Below are positions 19,339-29,466 of a stretch of DNA of 64,000 bases, piece after piece. The notes beneath the pieces were generated by a model. The model saw only the letters and a program-made list of their open reading frames with translations, searched no databases and was not told the DNA's origin. Each line of letters starts with the position of its first letter. Position 1 is the first letter of the stretch. The stretch is taken from assembly GCA_036556695.1 (NCBI GenBank), contig DATBIY010000006.1:22231-86230 (forward strand), given 5' to 3'. This stretch comes from Candidatus Limnocylindria bacterium (GTDB lineage: Bacteria > Chloroflexota > Limnocylindria > QHBO01). The position numbers were made by a program, and so were the translations under genes.

Positions 19339-20070
19339 ATGCCTCCCTTCGCTGCCGGCGCCCTGCTCGTCGGCGTCGTGCTGCTGGTTGCCGGGCTGGC
19401 CGCCATCCGCCTCTCCGGCGCTTCCCCCGCTGTCGGCCGGCGGCTGGCCGGCGCGCGCGGCGTGCGAGTGGGTGACCTGATCGAGATGGACCCGCTGCCA
19501 GAGCGTCCGGTGCGCGTGGCCGGCCGCATTCGCTGCCCGGACCCGATCCTCACCGAGCGCGGCGACCGCCTGGTGGCGGTGCACCGCGACGTGCAGGTCA
19601 AGCCGCCAAACGGACAGTGGCGCTCGATCGAGCGCGTCCGCGAGACGCGCGGCTTCGAGCTGTGGGACCACGATGGCTCGCTGCCGGTCGATCCCGCGCA
19701 GGCCGCCGAGCCGCTGATCGCCATCCCGCACGTGTGGCGCGGCACCACCGCGGACCTTACGGACCCGGGGCACCTGGCAGCCGCCGCTCGGCTGGGCGTG
19801 GGCGACCGGCCGTGGCCCGCCCGCTCGGTGACCAGGATGGTGAGCGTGGTCGAGCGCCTGCTGGTGCTCGCCCGCGTGACCCGCGGCGGCGAGGGCGTGC
19901 GGCTGGAGCCGCCGCCCGGTGGATTCCTCATCTCGACCCTGGAGCTGGAGGACGCCATGCGGCTGCTGGGCGGGCCGCGGCGCAACCTGCTGCTGGCCGG
20001 CTACGCCATGGTCGGCCTGGCCGCGCTGGCGGGAATCGTCGGCGTCGCCGGCCTGCTCATCGGCTCCTGA
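19339..20070 (+). CDS. Hypothetical membrane protein (N- and C-terminal TM helices)
   Basis: ORF with good coding periodicity and hydrophobic segments at both termini. No recognisable motif. Confidence 0.45.
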   Translation: MPPFAAGALLVGVVLLVAGLAAIRLSGASPAVGRRLAGARGVRVGDLIEMDPLPERPVRVAGRIRCPDPILTERGDRLVAVHRDVQVKPPNGQWRSIERVRETRGFELWDHDGSLPVDPAQAAEPLIAIPHVWRGTTADLTDPGHLAAAARLGVGDRPWPARSVTRMVSVVERLLVLARVTRGGEGVRLEPPPGGFLISTLELEDAMRLLGGPRRNLLLAGYAMVGLAALAGIVGVAGLLIGS

Positions 20071-20216
20071 GAAGCCAGGCACATCGAGGCTTCCCGCAGT
20101 ACCAGCACACGACGGTACGAAGGAGGCATCGAGCCCGCGGCCCTCCCACTTCTACCATCCGATCACCGGTTCCTAACAGAACTTCCATTTGGACCGGAGT
20201 ATGAGGCGATAGCGGG

Positions 20217-23200
20217 GTGCCCTCCCTCTTCCGCGACCGCGGTTTCGAGCACGAGGCGCTCATCAGCGTGGCCCAGGCGGCCGCCCTGCTGGGCGTGCAT
20301 CCGAACACGCTCCGTGCCTGGACCGACGCCGGCCGCCTCACCGCGTATCGCATCAACGCCCGCGGCGACCGCCGCTACCGGCGGATCGACGTCGAGCGGC
20401 TGCTGGCCGAGGGCGGCGACTTCCCGGATCCGGCGCTGGCCGCCGACAGCGCAGCCGCGCAGCGCGAGAACGAGGTCACCCTCTTTGCCCGGTTGGCACA
20501 GGGCACCGGCCCGTCGGCGACCCCGGCGGCGGTCTGCCGCTCGGCCATCGAGGCGCTGCGCACCTCGATGGGGATAGAACGCGCGGCCATCTACGTGACG
20601 CGCGACGCAGCCGATGGCGTGCTCGTGCTCGAGACGCACGCCGGGTATTCCGTTCCTCCGCCGCCGACGATCGAAGCCGTGAACGCAGTGGCCGCGGACC
20701 ACCCCGCCGCAGCGGACGCGGGGATCCGGCGCCGGCTGCCGCTGCAGGCCGCCGGTGAGCGGCTTGGCGAGCTGGTGCTGGAGGACGAGCCTGGCGGCGC
20801 GCTGGAAGGCGTCCGCGACCAGCTGCTGCGCCACGCGGCAGCCGCCATCGCCGCCGACCTGCTGAACGCGCGGGTCATGGCTCGCGCGCGCCGCGAGGTC
20901 AGCCGCGCACGTGCCCTGCGGCACGTCACCCAGGAGCTCACCGGGCAGCTCGACCTGGGCGCGGTGCTGGACGAGGTCGTGGACCGCACGCGCTCGCTGT
21001 TCGACGCCGACAAGGCCGGCCTGTGGCTGCTGGACGAGTCCGAGCAGCCGTTCAAGAGCGCCGCCTCCCGCTCGCTTGGTGAGGACTTCCAGGCGCGCGT
21101 CCGGCAGCTGACCCTCTCCAGCGAGGCGGTTGGCGTGCAGGCGGTCCGCGAGCGCCGCACCTTCGTGGTGCGCGAGGCAGACACCCGCCAGGGCGTGGGC
21201 GAAATGCAGGCGGTCTACGCCGCGGAGGGCATCAAGACGGCCTGCATCGTGCCGCTGGTGAGCAACGACCGCGCCGTCGGGGTGCTGGGGCTGTACCACC
21301 TCCGCGACCACGACTGGCCCGATGACGAGCTCGCACTCGCGCAATCCTTCGCCAACCAGGCGGCGGTGGCCATCAGCAACGCCCGCCTGTACCACTCGGT
21401 CGCCGACCAGGCGAACCGCATTCGGTCCATCCAGGACCTGTCGGCGCGGCTGAACCGTCTGACCGATGTGCAGGCCATTGCCGATGCCATCGTCGCCGAG
21501 GCGAGCTCGCTGGCCAACTACCACGACATCCGGGTGTACGTGGTGGACTGGGATCGGCGGATCTGCGAGCCGGTGGCCTTCACCGACCGGCTTCTCGGCG
21601 ACGGGGACTTCAAGGAGGCGCTGCGCGTTGACATCGGCGAAGGCTCGTTCACCGGCTGGGTGGCCGAGAACGGCGAGCCGATCCTGGCCAACGACGCGCT
21701 GCACGACGACCGTGGCCTGACGATCGAGGGCACCGACGACATCGACGAGTCGATGCTGGTGGTGCCGATGATGTACGAGGGCCGCGCGGTGGGTGTCATC
21801 GCGCTGTCGAAGCTGGGCATGAACCAGTTCAGCACCGACGACCTGCAGACCATGACCATCTTCGCCGGCTACGCGGCGCAGGCGATCGCCAACGCCCGCG
21901 CCTACGAGCGCCTGGAGCAGCAGTCGGCCGAGCTCGCGCGCCAGCTGCAGTCGCAGCGGCGGTTGCTGGAGATCAACGAGCGCCTGCTGTCGACGTTGGA
22001 CCGCGCCGACGTGATGGAGACCATCGCCGATGGCCTGCGCTCGGTGGTGCGCTACGACAACCTGTCGATCTATCGGGCCGACGAGGTGAAGCAGGTGCTG
22101 CAGCCGGTGCTCACGCGCGAGCGGCATGCCGAGGAGGTGAGCCGCTACGTCGTGCCCTTCGGCAGCGGCCTCATGGGCTGGGCGGTCGAGCACGGCGAGC
22201 CGATCCTGGCCAACGACGCGCTGAACGACCCGCGTGCCATGCAGATCCCCGGCACACCGGACGATCCGGAGGCACTGATCGTGGTGCCGCTCATCGCGGA
22301 CGGGGAGGTCATCGGCTGCATGAACCTGTCGCGGGTGGGCGGACCCGAGGTCCACTTCAGCGATGCCGACTTCGACCTGGTCAAGCTGTTCGCCGGCCAG
22401 GCGTCGATCGCGCTGCGCAACGCCGAGGCCCACCAGGCGATCGCCATGCGGGCGGAGACCGACGCGCTGACCGGACTGGGCAACCACGGCGCCTTCCAGC
22501 GCACCCTGGCGGATGTGCTGGGCCAGCCGGAGGGCGCCGCCCCATCACGACCGAAGGGACGCCAGGCGGGTCCGGTGGCGCTGCTGATGATGGACCTGGA
22601 CAACTTCAAGGCCTACAACGATCGCCTTGGCCACCCGGCCGGCGACGCCCTGCTGCACGCCATCGGCAATGCCATTTACGGATCCGCTCGAGCCGAGGAC
22701 CGCGTGTTCCGCTACGGCGGCGACGAGTTCGCGCTGATCCTGCCAGGAGCCGATGCGCGGGCCGCCGAGGCGGTCGGCGAGCGCGTTCGTGCGGCGGTCG
22801 CCCGGCTGACCAGCAAGGAGCCTATGCCGGTCACCATCAGCGTCGGCGTGGCCGCCTACCCCGGCGACGCCACAGACAAGAACGACCTCATCGCCGCGGC
22901 CGATACGGCGCTCTACCTTGGCAAGCAGGCGCCCGAGGACCGCGTGGTGCGTGCCGACCAGGTGCCCACCGAGATGCGCGCGTTGCGCAGCACGCTGGAC
23001 CAGCTGGCCCGCGCGGCGCTGCTGCATCCAGACGAGGGCCCGACCGTCGACTCCCTGGTCGAGCAGGCCGCGCGGCTCTCGCACGCCGGCGATGGACAGG
23101 AGAGCAGCGTGCGCGACGCCCTGCTCGCCGTTGCCCGCTCGCTCGACGCGCTCGATCCGGCGAGCATCGGCCACGGCGACCGCGTCGGCCGCCTGGCGCG

Positions 23201-23633
23201 CATGGTTGCCGAGAAGCTGGGGTGCGACGCCGGATCGGCCAGCGCCATCGAGCTTGCGGCTCGGCTGCACGGCCTGGAGGCCATCGGCGCGGAGGAGCTG
23301 CAGGCCGTCCCGTCGCTGCGCGAGGTGGGCGAGCTGGTCGGCTGGCACGGCCGCGAGTCGCACGGGAGTGGCGCGCACGGGCCCGACGCGGACGACCGGA
23401 TGCCACTGGCAGCGCAGATCGTCGCCGCGGCCAATGCGTACGACGTGCTGGCCTCCGGCATCAACGGCGAGCCGATGGACCGGCGCGCGGCCATCGACCG
23501 CCTGGCCGAGGGCGGACGCTTCGAAATCCAGGTGGTCCGGGCGCTGGCGACCGTGGTTGGCGTGAAGTCGCGCGCCTCCCGGCGACGGCGGCGCGGCGAC
23601 GCGGTCATGCCCGAGGAGCGCGGCGCCGCCTGA
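20217..23633 (+). CDS. Multidomain signalling protein: excisionase/MerR-type HTH, three GAF domains, GGDEF diguanylate cyclase and a degenerate HD-GYP-like domain
   Basis: N-terminal HTH (ISVAQAAALLGVHPNTLRAWTDAGRL), repeated GAF-like blocks, intact GGDEF with I-site (RAEDRVFRYGGDEF), and a C-terminal HD-GYP-like region in which HD becomes HG (HGDRVGRLA...LHGLEAIG...WHGRESHGSG). Confidence 0.75.
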   Translation: MPSLFRDRGFEHEALISVAQAAALLGVHPNTLRAWTDAGRLTAYRINARGDRRYRRIDVERLLAEGGDFPDPALAADSAAAQRENEVTLFARLAQGTGPSATPAAVCRSAIEALRTSMGIERAAIYVTRDAADGVLVLETHAGYSVPPPPTIEAVNAVAADHPAAADAGIRRRLPLQAAGERLGELVLEDEPGGALEGVRDQLLRHAAAAIAADLLNARVMARARREVSRARALRHVTQELTGQLDLGAVLDEVVDRTRSLFDADKAGLWLLDESEQPFKSAASRSLGEDFQARVRQLTLSSEAVGVQAVRERRTFVVREADTRQGVGEMQAVYAAEGIKTACIVPLVSNDRAVGVLGLYHLRDHDWPDDELALAQSFANQAAVAISNARLYHSVADQANRIRSIQDLSARLNRLTDVQAIADAIVAEASSLANYHDIRVYVVDWDRRICEPVAFTDRLLGDGDFKEALRVDIGEGSFTGWVAENGEPILANDALHDDRGLTIEGTDDIDESMLVVPMMYEGRAVGVIALSKLGMNQFSTDDLQTMTIFAGYAAQAIANARAYERLEQQSAELARQLQSQRRLLEINERLLSTLDRADVMETIADGLRSVVRYDNLSIYRADEVKQVLQPVLTRERHAEEVSRYVVPFGSGLMGWAVEHGEPILANDALNDPRAMQIPGTPDDPEALIVVPLIADGEVIGCMNLSRVGGPEVHFSDADFDLVKLFAGQASIALRNAEAHQAIAMRAETDALTGLGNHGAFQRTLADVLGQPEGAAPSRPKGRQAGPVALLMMDLDNFKAYNDRLGHPAGDALLHAIGNAIYGSARAEDRVFRYGGDEFALILPGADARAAEAVGERVRAAVARLTSKEPMPVTISVGVAAYPGDATDKNDLIAAADTALYLGKQAPEDRVVRADQVPTEMRALRSTLDQLARAALLHPDEGPTVDSLVEQAARLSHAGDGQESSVRDALLAVARSLDALDPASIGHGDRVGRLARMVAEKLGCDAGSASAIELAARLHGLEAIGAEELQAVPSLREVGELVGWHGRESHGSGAHGPDADDRMPLAAQIVAAANAYDVLASGINGEPMDRRAAIDRLAEGGRFEIQVVRALATVVGVKSRASRRRRRGDAVMPEERGAA

Positions 23634-23673
23634 CCATCGCGCGCGGCGCCGGTTGTTATGATCGGCCTTCCCG

Positions 23674-24432
23674 ATGTCGAACCCGTCCCTCCGCGCCGTG
23701 CCCGCACGGTTCCTTCCCGTCCTGGCACTGACCGCCGTCGCTGTGCTGCTGGCCGCCTGCGGCTCGCAGGATCCGACGTCAACGCCGCAGGGCAGCTCCC
23801 AGCCGTCCGGAGCCAGCCAGCCCGCCAGCGCCACGCCGCAGCCCACCGCCACTCCCTTGCCGACGCCGCTGCCCACCCCGCAGTACACCAACCCGCCGGA
23901 TCGGGCGCTGGCGCGGCTGATCCCCGAGCGAGTGGCCGGCACGCGCATCACCATCCCTGATCGCGAAGAGTTCGCGCTGACGCCGGGGGACTTCGGCGCT
24001 GCCTACGGCGACCTGGGCCTGCAGTTCACCGCGCTGCAGGTCGCCTACGTGGTCGAGCCGCGGCTGTCGCTGTACGTGGCGCGTGTTTCCGATCCGCAGC
24101 CGACCACCCGGGAGCTGGAGCCGTACCTGGCCACCGCCGGGCAGTACGTCGGCATCGCCGGGCTGCATCGCAAGGAGTGGCGCTACCGTCGGGTCGACGG
24201 GCGGGTGACGTGGATGCGTCCCGAGGACAACGCCACGGCGGCCGGCACGATGATCTACACCTGGGCGGCGGATGGCTACGTGTTCCTGCTCATCGGCGTG
24301 GACGATGGCCTCAACCGCGCGCTGTTCAGGGCGCTTCCCGGTGAGCGCGCCGCGGCAACGCCCAGCAGCAGCCCGTCGGGCAGCGCCTCGCCGGCCGGCA
24401 GCGCATTACCTTCACCCAGCGGGTCGCCGTAG
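23674..24432 (+). CDS. Hypothetical lipoprotein with a P/T/S-rich linker
   Basis: Signal peptide with lipobox (LLAACGS). Confidence 0.5.
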   Translation: MSNPSLRAVPARFLPVLALTAVAVLLAACGSQDPTSTPQGSSQPSGASQPASATPQPTATPLPTPLPTPQYTNPPDRALARLIPERVAGTRITIPDREEFALTPGDFGAAYGDLGLQFTALQVAYVVEPRLSLYVARVSDPQPTTRELEPYLATAGQYVGIAGLHRKEWRYRRVDGRVTWMRPEDNATAAGTMIYTWAADGYVFLLIGVDDGLNRALFRALPGERAAATPSSSPSGSASPAGSALPSPSGSP

Positions 24433-24434
24433 CC

Positions 24435-25517
24435 ATGTTCGGGCGCCTGGCATACGGCGTCGCGATCGCCGGCTCGGTGGCCGCCCTGGTCATGCGCCTC
24501 ATCGGCGCCGATCCGACGCTGACCTTCTTCGTCAGCGGCGCCGCCATCGGCGGCCTGGCCTATACGCTGGGCCACGCCACCGAGCAGCTGGGCGCGGCGC
24601 TCGGCCCGCGCATCGGCGGGATCCTGAACGCCACCGTCGGCAACATCGGCGAGATCATCATCGCCGGCTTCCTGATCGCCAGCGGCGAGCTGGAGGTCGT
24701 CAAGGCCTCGATCACCGGCTCGATCATCGGCAACCTGCTGCTGGTGCTGGGCGCCTCGCTGCTGGTCGGCGGCCTGAAGAACGGGGTGCAGCGCTACGAC
24801 GCGCAGGCGACCGGCATGAACGCCGCCAGCCTGCTGCTGGCCACCAGCGGGCTCATCGTGCCGGCCACGCTGGCCGCGCTGTCGAATGCCGGAGCCGAGA
24901 CCGGCTCCGAGTCACCAGTGTTCTTCAACCTGGAGGCGCTCACCATCGGCGTGGCCGTGGTCCTGCTGCTGACCTATGCCGCGCAGCTGTTCTTCTACCT
25001 GCGCTCCCCAGAGGTCAGCGCACCCGGCGAGCAGGAGGAGGAGCACGGCCCCATCTGGTCGGTGCGCCGCTCGCTGACCGTCCTGCTGGGATCAGCGGCA
25101 GTCCTGACCCTGGTGTCCGAGATCCTGGTCCACTCGCTGGAGCCGATGGTCGAGTCGGTCGGAATCAACCGCTTCTTCATCGGCATCATCCTGATCCCGC
25201 TGATCGGCAACATGGCCGAGCACGTGGTGGGCATCACGCTGGCCTACAAGAACAAGATGGACTTCAGTTTGGTGACCTCGCTGGGCTCGGCCACCCAGAT
25301 CGCCCTGTTCGCGGCGCCGGTGCTCGTCTTCTTCGGCCTGATCGTCGGGCAGCCGCTCACCCTGGTGTTCACCCCGCTGGAAGTGGTGGCGGTGGGGGTC
25401 GGGGTGCTGATCGCGTCCTACATCGCCGTGGACGGGCAGTCCAACTGGGTGGAGGGCATGCAGCTCGTCAGCGTGTACACCATCCTGGGGATCGCCTTCT
25501 TCTTCGTCACGCCGTAG
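24435..25517 (+). CDS. chaA: Ca2+/H+ (cation/proton) antiporter, CaCA family (ChaA-like)
   Basis: Two alpha-repeat motifs (GNIGEIIIAGF...; GNMAEHVVGI) in an 11-TM protein. Confidence 0.75.
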   Translation: MFGRLAYGVAIAGSVAALVMRLIGADPTLTFFVSGAAIGGLAYTLGHATEQLGAALGPRIGGILNATVGNIGEIIIAGFLIASGELEVVKASITGSIIGNLLLVLGASLLVGGLKNGVQRYDAQATGMNAASLLLATSGLIVPATLAALSNAGAETGSESPVFFNLEALTIGVAVVLLLTYAAQLFFYLRSPEVSAPGEQEEEHGPIWSVRRSLTVLLGSAAVLTLVSEILVHSLEPMVESVGINRFFIGIILIPLIGNMAEHVVGITLAYKNKMDFSLVTSLGSATQIALFAAPVLVFFGLIVGQPLTLVFTPLEVVAVGVGVLIASYIAVDGQSNWVEGMQLVSVYTILGIAFFFVTP

Positions 25518-25565
25518 ACGGCGGCGCTCCGGCGTGCCGCGGCGGGGCGGCGGGCGCATCGGTCT

Positions 25566-26600
25566 ATGATCCGGCTCGTGCTGGATGAGAGCTGGGAGCC
25601 GGCGGACGAGCGCGGTGCGCGCAAGCGCGACCGGCTGGCCCGGCTGCTGAGGGTGGCATCCATCCTCTACTCGCGGGGCTCGGGCGACAACGGCGTGGCG
25701 GTGACCGAGATCGCCGAGCTGACCGGCATGACCACCCGCACGGTGTACCGCGACATCAAGGCCCTCGAGGAAGAGCTGGGCATGCCGATCTTCGAGGCGG
25801 GGCGCGGCCGCCGCGGGATCGAGAAGAAGTACTTCCTGCCGCCGCTGCGCCTCTCCCTGCCCGAGGCGGTGGTGCTGTTCCTGGCGTCGCGGCTCATCGC
25901 GCGCTGGTCGGACGAATACGACCAGGCGGTCATCAGCGCCTTCACCAAGCTGGCGGACCTCCTGCCACAGCCCATCGCCCGCCACGTGGCGGCCACCATG
26001 CTGAGTGTCGGGCGGGCAGATCCCAACGAGCCGTTCACCCGCAACTTCGCGGTGGTCGCCCAGGGCTGGGCCGACGGGCGGGTCGTCGAGTTCGACTACG
26101 AGCCCGCATCTGGCGGAGCCGATGCGCGCCACGCGCGGGTGCGGCCGTACTTCCTGGAGCCCGATGCCGCCGGGCGCTCGGTCTACCTCATCGGCTTCGA
26201 TGAGACGGTCGATGCCATGCGCACCCTCAAGGTCGAGCGCATGCGCAACGCGATCCTGACCGCGGACCGCTACGAGATCCCCGAGGAGTTCGATCCGGAC
26301 GCCTGGCTGGCCCATTCGTGGGGCATCTGGTCGTCCGACACCACCGCGGTGGCGCAGGTCCGGCTGCGCTTCGACGCCTCGGTGGCGCCTCGCGTCCGGG
26401 AGTCGATCTGGCACCGCTCGCAGCAGATCACCGAGCTCCCGGATGGCGGCGTCGAGATGACGCTGACCGTGGCCGGCATCGTCGAGATCCGGCCCTGGAT
26501 CCTGGGATGGGGTGACGCGGTCGAGGTGCTGGAGCCGCCAGAGCTGCGCGAGGTGGTGGCCGGCGCGGTGCGACGAGCGGCAGCGCGCTACGAGACCTGA
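25566..26600 (+). CDS. HTH plus WYL-domain transcriptional regulator (PafBC/DriD-like)
   Basis: N-terminal DeoR-like HTH (RLARLLRVASILYS...VTEIAELTGMTTRTVYRDIKALEE...PIFEAGRGRRG) and C-terminal WYL/WCX-like region. Confidence 0.75.
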   Translation: MIRLVLDESWEPADERGARKRDRLARLLRVASILYSRGSGDNGVAVTEIAELTGMTTRTVYRDIKALEEELGMPIFEAGRGRRGIEKKYFLPPLRLSLPEAVVLFLASRLIARWSDEYDQAVISAFTKLADLLPQPIARHVAATMLSVGRADPNEPFTRNFAVVAQGWADGRVVEFDYEPASGGADARHARVRPYFLEPDAAGRSVYLIGFDETVDAMRTLKVERMRNAILTADRYEIPEEFDPDAWLAHSWGIWSSDTTAVAQVRLRFDASVAPRVRESIWHRSQQITELPDGGVEMTLTVAGIVEIRPWILGWGDAVEVLEPPELREVVAGAVRRAAARYET

Positions 26601-27235
26601 TGCCCGGCAGCCTCGAGATCGAGCTCAAGATGCGCGCCGATGACGAGGCCCCGCTGCGCCACCTGGCGGACGTTCCTCTGCTCGGCGGATGCCGCCTGGG
26701 CCCGGCGCGAGAGGTAGAGGAGACCGATCGCTACCTCGACACCGCTGACCGGCGGCTCTCGTCGCAGGGCTGGGCCTGCCGCCTGCGGAAGCGCAACGGC
26801 GTGACGCTCGTCTCGCTCAAGGGGCCACCGGAGCATGCGCCCGGCGAGGCCCTTCACCGCCGGCCCGAGCTCGAGGGTCCAGCCGATGGTGTGCCCGACC
26901 CTGCCGCGTGGCCGCCCTCGGCGGCGCGCAGCCGCCTGCTGGAGCTGACCGGCCATGAAGCGCTGCGCGAGCGGATCGTGCTGCGGCAGCGAAGAGTCGA
27001 GCGCGTGGTGGAGCCTGACCGGCGACTCGGAGTCCTGTCGCTGGACCGGGTCGAGGTGCTGCGCGACGGGACAGCGCGCGGCGATTTCGCGGTGGTCGAG
27101 CTGGAGCTGGCCGGCGGCGCAGACGAGCGTGAGCTGGCCCCGCTGGCCGAAGCCCTGTACGCCACGCCGGGCCTGCAGGCGGAGCCGCGGACGAAGCTGG
27201 AGCGTGCGCTGGAGCTGGCGCCGGACTGCGGATGA
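26600..27235 (+). CDS. CYTH-domain protein (triphosphate tunnel metalloenzyme, CyaB/thiamine-triphosphatase family)
   Basis: N-terminal ExExK signature (LEIELKMR) and about 200 aa of CYTH length. Start overlaps the WYL gene stop, and its own stop overlaps the next gene by 4 nt. Confidence 0.65.
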   Translation: MPGSLEIELKMRADDEAPLRHLADVPLLGGCRLGPAREVEETDRYLDTADRRLSSQGWACRLRKRNGVTLVSLKGPPEHAPGEALHRRPELEGPADGVPDPAAWPPSAARSRLLELTGHEALRERIVLRQRRVERVVEPDRRLGVLSLDRVEVLRDGTARGDFAVVELELAGGADERELAPLAEALYATPGLQAEPRTKLERALELAPDCG

Positions 27236-29442
27236 CGATGGCACGTTCCGTGGGAGTGGCGGCGGCGGTCGTGCTGACCGTGGTGGCCATGGGCTACGCC
27301 GCCTGGGACAGTGCGCTATGGGATCCGCGCTGGCAGCTGGGTCTCCACCTCTCGGCGCTGGCCATGGCCGGCGGCCTGGCCTGGCTGGCCCTCGCCGGCG
27401 GGGCGCTGCCGCGATCCCGCCTGGAGCTGCCGATCCTGCTCCTGCTGCTCGCATTTGCCTCCGCCGCGATGACGCCGTGGAACGCCGGCCTCTCGGCGCA
27501 GTCTCTCGCCGCAATCTGCGCCACGGTGCTGGCGCTGCCGGGGGCCGCAGTTGCCATCCGCCACCGCCCCAACCTGACAGCCCTGGCCATCCTCCTGCCG
27601 ATCCTCTACGTGTCCGCCGTCGCGCTGCTCGGGCTGCTCGCCAGGCGGCTGGACTGGGTGGCAGCCGGCGGGCCTGGCCTGCCACCGATTCGCCTGATTC
27701 GCGAGTCGACCATGCTGGGGTCGGTAGCGGTGCCGCCGTTCGTCGCGCTGTCGGCTGCCCCGCTGAGCCTGCTGATCTCCGATCGCCGGACGAGACGCGG
27801 CCTGCAGGCAGCGCTGCTGATCCTGGGCGTGCCGCTCACCGTCCTGTCCGGCTCGCGCTCGGCATGGATTGCCATCGCGGTGGCGGCCGCCGTGCTCCTC
27901 GTGCCGCCGATCATCCGCCGCGTTCGGCGCCGCGGCCTGGCGTGGCTCGGCCCGGATACGTGGACCCCGCGGCGCGTCGGAATCGCCGTCCTCGGCCTCG
28001 CCGTGCTGACGCTGTCGCTCACCCTCATCGCACCGCGGCTCACCGACCTGCGCTCGCTGCTGTACCGCGGCTTCCTGTGGCGCGACACGCTGGCCGCCTG
28101 GAGCAGCGACCCGCTGTTCGGCATCGGCCCCGGCAGCATGCCGTTCGCGCGGCAGGCGGCGGCCCCCTCGCTGAGCTTCCCGGTGCGGCAGCCGCACTCT
28201 CACGACGTGCCGCTGGGCATCCTGGGCGACGCCGGCCTGCTGGGCCTGGCTGCGGCGGCCGCGGTGGTGATCACCTTCGTCTGGCTGGCGGGGCCATGGC
28301 GGACGCGGACCCGCCCCGGCCGCGCGGCGTTCGCGGTGTTGTCCGGCATCGCGACCTCGATGCTGTTCGAGGACCTGACCTTCCTGCCCGGCTTCAACCT
28401 GCTGATGCTGACCTTGGCCGCCATGGCACTGACCGATGGCGGCGCGATCACGTGGCGGCCCCTGCACCCGCCCGGCTGGCAGGGTCGCGGCCTGGCCGCG
28501 GCCGGGGTGGTGGCCAGTGCTGCGCTGGTGGCCGTCATGGCGGCCGGCGACGCATCCGCCATTGCCTACCGGCAGGGCACGGACGCGGCGTCGGGTCGCG
28601 ACTGGCCGGCGGCGCTCGAGGCGTTCCAGGCATCGGTCCGGCTGAACCCGTGGCAGCCAACCGGCCCGAAGGCGGTGGCATTGGTGGCGGACCGTGCGGG
28701 GAAGCCGGAGTTGGCGCGCCAGTCAACCGAGCGCGCGGTGGAGCTTGGGCCGGGCGATGGCAGTGCCTGGACGAACCTGGCGGTGCTGTGCCGCGCCCAG
28801 GGCGACCGCGAGTGCGCACGACGGGCCGCCGACCGCGCCGTCGACACGGCCAGCCCTTCCGGCCAGGAGCTGGCCAACGCGGCGCTCACCTACGAGTGGC
28901 TCGGCGACCGGCAGGCCGCGGACCGCGCATATCGCTTCTCGCTGCTGACCAACCCGTACACCAGCCTCACGCTCCCGTGGCCGCGGCCGGTGAGCGTGGG
29001 CGACGGCACTGCGCCCGAGCTGGGCGTGGACGTGGCCGAGTTGAGCCTGCTGATCGCGCGCCGGGTGGCGAACGAGGACATCGATCCGGATGCGTATGCC
29101 ACGCCCGTAATCCGGGCACTGGCCTACGCCATGACCGGCGATCGGCCCGCGGCCGAGGACGAGGTGCAGCGGGCGCTGACCGCGATGCCCGAATCGCCAA
29201 CCGGCTGGGAGGTGGCCGCGCTGCTGGCGCGCCACTACGGCCAGGACGCCGAGCGGTTCCTGCGCATCGGCGACGCGGCCCGCGGGATCCAGCTGGCCAG
29301 CGGCACGCCGGAGCAGCCGGCGCTGGTCTACGACATCGCCACCTTCCGCGCCTACCCAGCCGATGGATTGGTAGCGGACGCCGTGCGGCTGGTCCCGAGC
29401 CAGCCATGGCCCTGGGTCCTGGAGCCGTACCTGGCGCGGTGA
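27232..29442 (+). CDS. O-antigen-ligase-like (Wzy_C) polytopic membrane protein with a C-terminal TPR-repeat domain
   Basis: About 12 predicted TM helices with a large loop, then about 300 aa of TPR-like repeats (AYRQGTDAASGRDWPAALEAFQASVRLNPWQ...). Confidence 0.55.
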   Translation: MTMARSVGVAAAVVLTVVAMGYAAWDSALWDPRWQLGLHLSALAMAGGLAWLALAGGALPRSRLELPILLLLLAFASAAMTPWNAGLSAQSLAAICATVLALPGAAVAIRHRPNLTALAILLPILYVSAVALLGLLARRLDWVAAGGPGLPPIRLIRESTMLGSVAVPPFVALSAAPLSLLISDRRTRRGLQAALLILGVPLTVLSGSRSAWIAIAVAAAVLLVPPIIRRVRRRGLAWLGPDTWTPRRVGIAVLGLAVLTLSLTLIAPRLTDLRSLLYRGFLWRDTLAAWSSDPLFGIGPGSMPFARQAAAPSLSFPVRQPHSHDVPLGILGDAGLLGLAAAAAVVITFVWLAGPWRTRTRPGRAAFAVLSGIATSMLFEDLTFLPGFNLLMLTLAAMALTDGGAITWRPLHPPGWQGRGLAAAGVVASAALVAVMAAGDASAIAYRQGTDAASGRDWPAALEAFQASVRLNPWQPTGPKAVALVADRAGKPELARQSTERAVELGPGDGSAWTNLAVLCRAQGDRECARRAADRAVDTASPSGQELANAALTYEWLGDRQAADRAYRFSLLTNPYTSLTLPWPRPVSVGDGTAPELGVDVAELSLLIARRVANEDIDPDAYATPVIRALAYAMTGDRPAAEDEVQRALTAMPESPTGWEVAALLARHYGQDAERFLRIGDAARGIQLASGTPEQPALVYDIATFRAYPADGLVADAVRLVPSQPWPWVLEPYLAR

Positions 29443-29466
29443 GCGCGCGCCGCTGAGCGCCGAAGC

